A DNA stretch of 64,000 nt from Octopus vulgaris (taxonomy: Eukaryota). Each line of letters begins with the position of its first letter. Positions within the stretch are counted from its first letter, which is position 1. The stretch spans positions 28,334,001 through 28,398,000 of the forward strand of contig OX597840.1 in assembly GCA_951406725.2 (NCBI GenBank), written 5' to 3'. A program made the position numbers and the translations under genes. Of this stretch, positions 1 through 11,675 are shown piece after piece. A model generated the notes under the pieces. That model worked only from the letters and a program-made list of their open reading frames with translations. It searched no databases and was not told where the DNA came from.

Positions 1-697
1 AGTAGTACGTTTATATATTTGTTGTGCAAGATTTTTTATGTGAAGTCGTGTGTTGAAACAGATATTGTTGTATTTCGGAATGGTCATTTTGCCAGTTTAG
101 CCAATAAAAACACACGTACTATATATTTGGCGTTACTTTGCTTCAGTGTTATTTATTTTTTACATTAATCTTAATCTTATTTCGGCCAGAGTTCTTTCAT
201 CACACTCCTGTGACCGCATCAGTGGTCCTTTGTTTTCTTCTTTCTTATTTGTGTTTCTCCTTACTAACCATCAGCCATTTTGTATTCCTATTGTATGTCT
301 TCATTTGCGCATGCTTATATCTCTATGTGCGTCTATGTTTATTTAGTGTGAGGGGGATGCCTGTAATACTTGCATCTCCTATTAATATACGTTTAATATT
401 ACTATTATTATTATTATTATTATTATTACTATTATTATATTTTAAAAAAGGATTAACGTAACTCTTCACAAAGGTAATCAGTCAAGACGAAGAGCGCGAT
501 TCGATTGTAAGATAAGTACTGGTGTCGATTTGTTCGACTTAAGTTTAAGGCGGTGCCCCAGCATGGCCGCAGGATAATGACTGAAATAAGTAAAAGATAA
601 GAGATATATATACGGTTCAAAGGTAGATAAAACAAAAGACGGACAGGTAAAAGAACAACAAACAGATACATTAGTTTAATGCTAAGAGAAAGTGGGA

Positions 698-801
<104 letters not shown>

Positions 802-893
802 AGGAAAGAGTGGGAAAGAAAGAGAAAGAGAAAGTTATGTAGAAATCTAACACTAACTCTCTCCCTCTTTCTTTCTCTCTCTCTCTCTCTGTA

Positions 894-954
<61 letters not shown>

Positions 955-1099
955 ATACATACATATATGTGTTATTGTATTTGTCCACCGACCATCGCTT
1001 GACAACGAGTGTTGGTGTGTTTGTTGGTGTATATATAAAACGAATGGTTTACACCTAGTAGCTTACTGGTAAAGCACGGTCACTTTCATAGTGGTCCTT

Positions 1100-2800
1100 A
1101 TGTATATGGCAAATAAAAGACGGAAGATGGAATATACGTGAATTTATTATTAATCACTACAATTGTTTCGACACATCTAGCATCGATTCCTCATGAGTGG
1201 CAAACTCAACAACTGGTTCGGGGGCATCCGGTGGTGCAGATGTATCCCGTCGGGTGATAAATGCAACTCGTTAAAATAAATGTTTCGCAACGTAACTTTT
1301 TTTGTAACCGTTTTGTAGAGAGAAAAGCAGCCAGGCGGAGAAAATATCTTCATTTATATTGAAGATCAAAAATAAAAGCACAGATGGCAAAAAGAGTAAC
1401 GAACCCCAATCCAGCGAGAAAAGTATTAAAAATAAGCGTTAACAAATATGGTTGTATAAACGCCCTCGGACAAGCTGCATGGCGCGAGAACACTCGCTCA
1501 TACAAGCATCCGCAAAAATGTTAGCTATCTTCTTGGTGTTTGTAAGAATGGGGAAGTTAAAAGTAAACTTAAGACATCCATACCTTAAAGTAAATTAAAT
1601 TATGTTAACGGTTACTCAAAATTCATTCTTACTGTATTGTGCGAAAGTACATTTATAAGCGTGTAGGCATCTCGAGAGTCTTTCAGAAATTCTATTAATG
1701 ATCTTCTCGTTAGCCCACAGAATAGAAAGGGATTCCTCGGAGCAGAGACGGCATCTCCTGGAAAGTATATTGTATGGTTTCGCGTACGTTGCTATGGACC
1801 AATTTATGCTTCAGTTTATCCTCCTTCTGTCGCCATACAAAATCTACCAAAGATGTTGACTGTCACTTATTCATTGTCTTAAAGCTGGCAACATGATTAC
1901 GATAACGATTCTTAAATGAATCAGCCGTCTGCCTAATATAAACATACGGTCCTCCCCTTGTGTGCACGGTACATTTATATACAAGATTTGTACTAATACA
2001 GAGATACATCAAAGGACATTTTAATTATTCTCTGCATGAGCATTTATCGTATTTATTTCTATATAAGGCAGTCCCAACTCCATTTACCGGCGCTATTACC
2101 GTGTTAGCTGTACCATAAGTATTTCTACTACAACAAATTGGTCGTAGTTGGTGGTTATAATTGCGGTTTACATCTCCTTGGTTGGTATTTAGATTCAAAA
2201 GTTCACTAGATCCAGTAGATGGGTTACTGGACTTTTGCCGCATTTTGCTATTGTTTATGTGATGCATAAGCTGCTCCAAATTAGGAGAGTTGGCGTAGGA
2301 TAGCTTCACGGTGTGTCGATTAAAAATAGCATGATATCGATTAGATTTACGAAAACACTTGTCCAAAGCAGCAAAAGATTTTCCAGCAATCTTGGTTGAA
2401 ACATGCGAACCGAGAATCGGGTTGAACCAGAGGACATCCTGATTCCTATAACTGTTGTTAGGTTTATTTGATCGAGTGTGTTGTACAGGATTGGAACAAG
2501 CAGATGGATTATGTTGCATGTGTCTGAGTTTTTGTTGGTAGTTCATTGATGTGACCAATTCTTTCTGGCCCGTGTTCTGTATCTGAGTGAGTTCTCAAAC
2601 CGTGATGTTGTGGTGGTATACAATGTGCATCACAGTTGCAGGAATTACCAGTGTTGTGTATGCCTGCTTCTTGTATATATTGAATCTTTTCACAGTACCC
2701 AGCCCTAGCTACAGCAGCATTATAATAAGCTGAATGTGATTCGAAAATTTTATTATTAGCGGATAATCTAGAGATTACGGAGATGTACTTGCATAGCAAG
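1100..2800 (-). mobile_element. Degenerate Penelope-like retroelement (RT C-terminus, WFNP linker, Cys-rich knuckle, GIY-YIG endonuclease, 3' pLTR-like end)
   Basis: Minus-strand translation gives ISRLS..KIF..YN.A...AGY, WFNP...AIFNRHTVKLSY, CSCR..CPL..C..NLVYKC..YVYIRQT..FKNRY.NH..SF. Stops and frameshifts are present. Confidence 0.85.
1153..1258 (-). ncRNA. Hammerhead-like motif at the 3' end of the Penelope-like element; core mutated (CCGACGG)
   Basis: ATCAC ccgacgg gatacatct...agatgtgtc GAAAC aatt GTA GTGAT. Confidence 0.55.
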
Positions 2801-3567
2801 TGATCTGATCTCAGATCGTGTGCTGGAACAAAAACAATTGCAGTGTGGAAGGTGTTTATAAGTCATTTAAGAAGCACAAAAACCGTTAGATTCACTAAAT
2901 GGTGAAGTGAATCTAACGGCTTTTGTGTGTTTCTTAAATGGCTTATAAACACCTTCCACGCTGCAATTTAGAGATTCCTGTAGAAATATTCTTAACTAAG
3001 CTCTGTATAATCGAGGGTGAGTGGTTGGATGGTAAGTTAATGTACTTAATATGATCATTTGTCTTATGAAATGGTTCGAATAATCCAGTATCAAGACAGA
3101 AGGAAGCGTCAAGAAAATTCACTCTACGATAATCTTATAGGGCCATCAGTACGTAGGCGAGATTTGAACTTAGAACACAAACATGCCGGAATAGATGCAA
3201 CAAAGAGTCTCGCTCTAGTGTTGTCCTTTAGTTTACGATTCAAATAGAATCGTGGATGAAGATCTCTTCTTTCGATTCTCGGTCGATGACGGACGTTCGA
3301 AATATATTTTCCCTTCTTCTCTCCTTTTCGATCCCCATTTTATGCGAAGAATAAACGAATGAAACAAAGCTCTCTGTCCTGTAAGAGCCATCGGTCAGGG
3401 AGAAGGATGTGAGAGACGCTACGCGGTCACCAATCTTGCTAGAAATAACAACCAAGTACTCTTCACCATACTGTGTTCAGAGATATATTTTCAAGCAGCT
3501 ATAAATACAAAGAATATTTCACTGAAAGTTATTAAGAAGGATATATATATATATACACACATACATA

Positions 3568-3608
<41 letters not shown>

Positions 3609-3879
3609 ATACATACACACACATACATACATATATATATATACATACACACACATACATACATATATATATATACATACATATACATACATACATATAC
3701 ATATATACATACATACATAAATATATATACGTACATATACATACATATATATATACATATAAATGTATATATATATGTAAATAAACATACATATATATCG
3801 ACACACACACATATATATCTACATATATATATACACACATATATAGATATACATACATATATATATATATACATACATA

Positions 3880-3917
<38 letters not shown>

Positions 3918-5424
3918 CATATACATACATATATATATATATATACGTACATATGCATACATATATATATATACATATAAATGTATATATATGTATATAA
4001 ACATACATATATATCGACACACACACACATATATCTACGTATATATATATACACACATATATATATCTACATATATATATATACACACACATATATATAT
4101 ACATACATATATATCGACACACACAAACATATATCTACGTATATATATATACACACATATATATATCTACATATATATATATACACACACATATATATAT
4201 ACATACATATATATAGATACATATACATATACAGGATGGGTATATTATTGCCATTTAATAGTTTTCAAATTTCGCCGAGGTCGACTTTGTCTTTCATCCA
4301 TTTAGGGTACCAGTTGGATACTGGGGTCGAGGTAATCGACTAGTCCAACCTCCCACGAAATTTGCTGGCTTTGTCCCAAAATTTCAAATGATTAATAGCT
4401 ATAAAAAAAAGTGACGCTTAAGTGTTTAAAGGGAGATAACTTTAACAATATTTGCTAAGGTTACCTCCCTTGAAATTCAAATTCTAACATGCTGCTCATA
4501 ATTTTTGTTGTTTTGTAACTAAAGACCTTCCTGCCTTCTTTCTAGACAATGTACACGCATCACAACACTATTCATTTACCTGCTGCAAACATTTGACTGT
4601 GGCCAGGCTAGGGCACCGCCCTGAATTTTTAGTCGATTGAACCGACCTCAGGACCGATTCTTTGTAAGCATAATACTGATTTTATCGTTTCTTTTGCCCA
4701 ACTGCTAGGTTACGGGGGCGCAAGAACTCCAGCACCGGTTGTCAAACGATGATGAAGGGGACAAACAGATACACATACACCCACATATATATATATATAT
4801 ATGCTCTTTTACTTGTGTCAGTCATTTGACTGCGGCCATGCTGGAGCACTGCCTTTAGTCGAGCAAATCGACCCCTGGACTTATTGTTTGTAAGCCCAGT
4901 ACTTATTCTATCGGTCTCTTTTGCCGAACCGCTAAGTTACGGGGACGTAAACACACCAGCATCGGTTGTCAAGCAATGCTAGGGGGACAAACACAGACAC
5001 ACAAACATATACATACAGCATATACATATATACATACATATATACGACGGGCTTCTTTCAGTTTCTGTCTACCAAATCCACTCACAAGGCATTGGTCGGC
5101 CCGAGGCTATAGTAGAAGTCACTTGCCCAAGATGCCACGCAGTGGGAGTGAACCCAGAACCATGTGGTTGGTAGGCAAGCTACATACCACACATATAAAG
5201 CACCTTTTTGATGTAAATAATTTTTGGTGTTAACATTCCAAACACTGCTGCATTTCACATGGAATTTTCGGTTTCCCAAAGTCGTCTTGCTTGTAGAAGC
5301 CAACCTTCCCCTTTTGGCCGTAAATTCTGGTCTGAATATTTCAACTTGTATGCAAGAAAATATGTTAAACGTTTAATTCAATTATCTTCTACACAAGCAT
5401 ATGTATGCATTCCTTTATTTAAGT

Positions 5425-5426
5425 AT

Positions 5427-5481
<55 letters not shown>

Positions 5482-5665
5482 TACATATATATACACACAC
5501 ACACACACATACATATATACACACACACATACATACATATATATATACACACACACATACATACATATATATATATACACACACACACATACATACATAT
5601 ACACACACACACATACATATATACACACACACACACATACATATATACACACACACACACATACA

Positions 5666-5697
<32 letters not shown>

Positions 5698-5886
5698 TAT
5701 ATACACACACACACACACATATATATACACACACACACACACATACATATATATACACACACACACACATACATATATATATACACACACACACACACAT
5801 ACATATATATACACACACACACATACATACATATATATACACACACACACATACATACATATATATACACACACACACATACATAC

Positions 5887-5917
<31 letters not shown>

Positions 5918-5949
5918 TACATATATATACACACACACACATACATACA

Positions 5950-5983
<34 letters not shown>

Positions 5984-6088
5984 CACACACACACATACAT
6001 ACATATATATACACACACACACATACATACATATATATACACACACACACATACATACATATATATACACACACACATACATATTTAT

Positions 6089-6119
<31 letters not shown>

Positions 6120-6146
6120 CACACACACACACATACATATATATAT
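5425..6146. repeat. Compound (CA)/(TA)/(TACA) microsatellite; similar tracts at 3540-4230, 9780-10170, 13830-14255, 38720-39070, 53210-54170, 62790-63505
   Basis: Direct inspection; source of most spurious ORFs. Confidence 0.95.
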
Positions 6147-6345
6147 AGCATACCCTAGTGCCCTTATAACCATCTCCAAGAAATAATGCTGACAAGAATC
6201 GACCTCAACACTTCCCTGAAGAACATTCCTATCCCACCAAGGAAATCTGCCTAAATGCATAAATACCAGAACTTATTTTGACAGCCAGCTTCCTGAAGAT
6301 TTCATCTGAATGAAACAGTTCTAGTCCTGTAGAAGCTCCTTCTAT

Positions 6346-6385
<40 letters not shown>

Positions 6386-6670
6386 TACACACGCATACAT
6401 ACACACACATATATATATCCCAAAATATATCTTGATATATGCATGTGTGTGTGTGTGTGTGTTACAAACGTAATTAGAGCATCTCATTAAAACCAAATTC
6501 ATGGAAAATCTTTGGCATTGATCACTTATAGTTCACCTGGATCATAATGTACAACACTCGGCCAATATATTCAACACACAGAGAAAGACACAATTATAAT
6601 TTTTAATTAATTAATTAATTTTAAACCCATAATGTGAAAAAATATGGATACATACATTATACATACATAC

Positions 6671-6719
<49 letters not shown>

Positions 6720-7326
6720 CATTAGCGTTAATGACAATTTCTTGCAAGGAAAAGCAAGGGAGATAAATCTGAAAAATATAAATTGATTAAAAAAAAAATT
6801 TTTTCAAAAAAATTAAAACAGACATTTATGAAATATCTGTCGTATGTCAGACCCGACATGACAGATGGGGGGGGGAGAATGTGTGGGGGTTGGGGGTGGG
6901 GTGAGAATGTGTGGCGTTCATTCTCTTCTCAGGAGTATCGCTGTTCGTAATTGATATAAATCTGGTCCCAATCGGAATCTTCAACCAAAATCACAGCATC
7001 TACAAAAAAAGTCTACGATTCTTTTAATGGTTTCAGTTGTTGGAATGTTCACAGCCATGCTGTAATACAGATTTCAAAATTATATTTTTTAATTATTTTT
7101 TGTGTTTTATTTTTTTAGGGGATTTCAATCGACCCCCAGGTACGATGTCTGGTGATGGTTTTTTTTCAAACCTCGAAAAGATAAAAAAAAAAAAAAACGA
7201 TAAAAAAATTAAGGAATGAATATAAAATTGGTCCCGGGCAGGATTTGAACTCATAACATTTAAGAGACATAACTAAGTACAACAAAGCAGTTTGTCCAAT
7301 GTTCCAGCAGCTTCTACAATTGATCC

Positions 7327-7737
7327 GGATCTTTTTGGTTTGAACGGCAGTTTTTAACATAATTTCTAGGTAACTAAAAAATTTTAAACTTCGTATACTG
7401 GTAGAATGTGTTTATAAAAACATCTTTTTCTCTTGGGTTTATTGAGAAAATTCTATAGTTTGTGAGATATTTGTTGTTTTTTTCTTCAATTTCTGCAATT
7501 TCAACCAATCACTGATGTCCATTGAGGTAAAAAAACATTCTGTGCCGTATGAATATGTCCCTCGTTTAAGAAACAGATTGGGTTTATTTACATTTCTGAG
7601 GAAAAAAAGATACCTTTCCCCCACCCCTAACCCTAAAACAGATTGAAATGCAATAGATCGATACTAGGGTCATAATTATGGGTGACAATTTCATATGACA
7701 CCGCTAGAAAAAACTGCCGTTCAAACCAAAAAGATAC
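7327..7737. mobile_element. MITE with GG-initiated TIRs and 8-bp TSD (Merlin-like)
   Basis: TIR ggatctttttggtttgaacggcagttttt / aaaaactgccgttcaaaccaaaaagatac; TSD attgatcc at 7319-7326 and 7738-7745. Confidence 0.85.
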
Positions 7738-8269
7738 ATTGATCCTCCAAATGACATGCATATATCCATAGATGTATACACACACACACACACATACATA
7801 CATCTACAACCATTCATCTGTTGATATATACATATCCAAACATACACACACACACACACTCAAATACATAGTTTTCGTTTCTTGAAAAATCACAGTTAAA
7901 GCTACTAGATTCTTGATCCCAAACTTTTATAAATTATATACTCATGCACCCTGTATTGAGTACTATTTTAACTAGTTTGTAAATACAAAAATTTTCTTAA
8001 TTATATCCACATAGAAATATTCATAAACCTATACACACATACAGACATACATACATATACAAATATATATATATATATATTATAATTATGAGTATAATTA
8101 TAATTAGGATTCGGCAAAAAAATTTATGAAATATTGCCAAACCCTAATTAAAATTATACTCATAATTATAAAAAATATTGTTTAACTTTACCGAAAATGG
8201 TCCTTTTTAACATACCGAATACTACTTGGTGGAATTATTAATTATTAATTAATTAATTTTACCCTTTAT

Positions 8270-8313
<44 letters not shown>

Positions 8314-8719
8314 AATACAGATTACACACACACACACACACATCATACTTGCTAGTGTATAAGATGCATTCTTGCATAGAGTGTACTCCTATATTTTGTA
8401 GAAATAATGCTAAATTTAGTATATTTCATCAGAAATTTACTGAAAGATAGTTTAAAGTGGTTTTGTAGTATAAAATGTATGACTCACTGCACGGAAATAC
8501 AATGATGTGACAGTCTACTGGAATGAAATATGAATGAAATATGAATGAAATATGAAACCGCATATTTGTTATTTGTAAACTACACCATACAAGTACCGCA
8601 TTTCTGTTTTATCTTCTACTAAATCACTTATATAGTTGTTTATATTTGGGTCAAGGATTTGTCATACAGGATGTAAAACTCATATTTTTTTGTTAGGTTG
8701 TTTAGCGTTACTGCAATGA

Positions 8720-9085
8720 GCTACCAGAGTGGTGCGTCATCACTATGATTTTGTTGTCATCCACTCACTGCAAGCAGCTAATAGGCAGATGGAAGTTTGT
8801 GTCTAAGATGTTGCAGAGGCTACCAGAGTAGTGCGCCATCACTATGATTTTGTTGTCATCTACTCACTGCAAGCAGCTAATAGGCAGATGGAAGTTTGTG
8901 TCTAAGATGTTGCAGAGGCTACCAGAGTAGTGCGCCATCACTATGATTTTGTTGTCATCTACTCACTGCAAGCAGCTAATAGGCAGATGGAAGTTTGTGT
9001 CTAAGATGTTGCAGAGGCTACCAGAGTAGTGCGCCATCACTATGATTTTGTTGTCATCTACTCACTGCAAGCAGCTAAAAGGCAG
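8720..9085. repeat. 99-bp tandem repeat (~3.7 copies; further ~1.2 copies at ~9458-9580) downstream of the CLC stop
   Basis: gctaccagag starts at 8720, 8819, 8918 and 9017; stops in all six frames. Confidence 0.92.
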
Positions 9086-9089
9086 ATAG

Positions 9090-9835
9090 AGATTTCTTTT
9101 TTCTATATATGTATGTGTATGTATGTATGCATGCATGTGTGTGTGTGTGTGTGTGTGTGTACAGCTGACTGACTTTTGCACAGCTATCAGATAAAATAAT
9201 AATTATAATAATAATAATAATAATAATTATTATTATTATTGTAGTATATAGTCAACTCTGACTTCTGCACAGCTATCAGATATAATAATAATAATAATCA
9301 TTATTATTATTATTATTGTTATTGAAGTATATAGTCAACTCTGTGGTCCCACTTGTTTTTCATAATACATTTGGCATTTTTGGTTTTTGTCTCATCTTCC
9401 TCTAAATTTAAATCACAGTTAATTAAGAAATAGATTCATTCAATGTTACTGTAATGAGCTACCAGAGTGGTGCGCCATCACTATGATTTTGTTGTCATCC
9501 ACTCACTGCAAGCAGCTAATAGGCAGATGGAGTTTTATGTCTAAGATGTTGCAGAGGCTACTAGAGTGGTGCACCATCCCTCCACATAGCTTCTGACATG
9601 CTGAGGTAATTTTGACTTAAGAATCATTGCACCATGTGGGCTTATCCTTATCTGGCCCTCTGGGCCACATCTCTTCGTCTGCCATCTATTACACAGACGC
9701 ATCAGAAACATGGCAGTTTCTTGATCTGTTTCAAACTAAAAAGAAAAGTACATCTTATACACCAACAAATACAGTAATTGTATATATACACATACACCCA
9801 TATATATATATATAAACACACACACACATACATAC

Positions 9836-9882
<47 letters not shown>

Positions 9883-9883
9883 G

Positions 9884-9914
<31 letters not shown>

Positions 9915-9944
9915 ATGTGTATATACATATATATAAACACATAC

Positions 9945-9975
<31 letters not shown>

Positions 9976-10008
9976 CATACATGTATATATACATATATAT
10001 ATATATAT

Positions 10009-10041
<33 letters not shown>

Positions 10042-10127
10042 CATACATGTATATACATACATATATATATATACATATATATATATATAAATATATATAT
10101 ATATTATATATAAATGTATATATATAA

Positions 10128-10169
<42 letters not shown>

Positions 10170-10525
10170 TGCATGTATAAAAATAAACTTCTAAAAATAA
10201 ACCATCTAAAAAACTTCAAGTATGTTTTCAACTTCTTAACTTCTTTTTTCTATATATGTAAGCGTATGTATGTGTGTATGTATCTGTATGTATGCATATA
10301 TGCATGCATATGTGTGTGTGTGTGTAGCTGACTGACTTCTGCACAGCTATCAGATATAATAATAACAATTATTAAAATAATAATAATTATTATTATTATT
10401 ATTGTTATTGAAGTATAGTCAACTCCGTGGTCCCACTTGGTTTTTATAATACATTTGGCATTTTTGGTTTTAGTTCGTTCTTCCTCAAAATTTAAATCAC
10501 AGTTAATTAAGAAATAGATTCGTTA
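9090..10525. repeat. Local segmental duplication: ~9090-9440 is similar to ~10240-10525
   Basis: Shared cagctgactgactt.tgcacagctatcagata ... gtcaactc.gtggtcccactt...aatcacagttaattaagaaatagattc. Confidence 0.85.
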
Positions 10526-10648
10526 GCAGTTCATTGTGGAAGAAGCAAGGAAATATGTTTCAAAAAAAAAAAAAAATGATATAAAAAAAAATAATAATAA
10601 TAATAGTAATACTAAAAACGGTATTAATTCCTTGTAAGTAGGAATCGG

Positions 10649-10888
10649 TCAGATAACTTCTAGAGGAACTCCTATTTCCAGAGTTTGTATTTCTCGGTTC
10701 AAGACCTTGGATATTTTTGCGACCAGGTTGAAGTCCATTAAATCTTTCCTGGTTATCATGCCGACGACGGAATTTTTGTCGTCGGTAACTACGAGATGGC
10801 GCAATCCGAGACTGCGGAAAATTATGTAAGTTCTGTAGAGGGAAAATCTCTCAGGAATGCACATTGCGGACTGGTTTATGTACGGTTT
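10649..10888 (-). CDS. CLC terminal coding exon, CBS2 (KPYINQSA...GLRHLVV...GMITRKDL...LEVI*)
   Basis: ccgcag| acceptor; TGA at 10651-10649. Confidence 0.95.
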   Translation of the reverse strand, partial: KPYINQSAMCIPERFSLYRTYIIFRSLGLRHLVVTDDKNSVVGMITRKDLMDFNLVAKISKVLNREIQTLEIGVPLEVI

Positions 10889-11642
10889 CTGCGGAAAAAC
10901 AAAAAAAGAAACAAAGTGGAAATAATGGTTTCGAATTTTGGCACAAGGCCAGTAATTTCAAGGTGGAGGGGGTAAATCTATTACATTGACCCCCCCTCTC
11001 TCTCTCTCTCTTTCGGAGAGGCACTGAGCACCTACACACACATATACACACACGGCAGTAACTTCCACCTACCGAATTCAATCACAAAGCTTCGGTCGAC
11101 TCGGGGCTATAGCGGAAGACACTTGCCCAAAGTGCCACGCAGTGGGACTGAACCTGAAACCATGTAGCTAGGAAGCAAGCTCCCTAACCACACGGCCATC
11201 AGCCCCATCTGGCACATAAAAAGCACCCACTACACTCATGGAGTGGTTGGCATTAGGAAGGGCATCCAGCCGTACAAACATTACCAGATCAAGATTGGAG
11301 CCTGGTGCAGCCTTCTGGCTTCCCATACCCCAGCTGAACCGCCCAACCCATGCTAGCATGGAAAGCAGATGCTAAATGATGATGATGATGATGACCCCCC
11401 CAGTACACAACTGGTACTTATTTTATCGATCCTGAAAGAAGGAAAGGCAAAGTCAACTTTGGCAGAATTTGAACTCCCACAGCTCATTACCTTAAACAGA
11501 GGGCAAATATCAGTTTCAAATTTTGACCCAAGATCAGTGAATTTGTGGACAAGGGGTAGGTGAATTACATCAGACCCCCCTCCCCTATGCTCACTGCATT
11601 AAACATAGCAGAAATACTAATAAAACTAAACAACACCTCTCT

Positions 11643-11675
<33 letters not shown>

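Noticed and set aside
3491-6260. Long ORFs rich in YI/HT/VC dipeptides, also at 9.7-10.3, 48.3-49, 53-57 and 61-63.5 kb
   Set aside because: Translations of TA/CA microsatellites that lack stop codons; no coding signal
7623-7636. ccctaaccctaa telomere-like motif, also at 39300-39330
   Set aside because: Only two or three units inside MITE-type sequence; not a telomeric array
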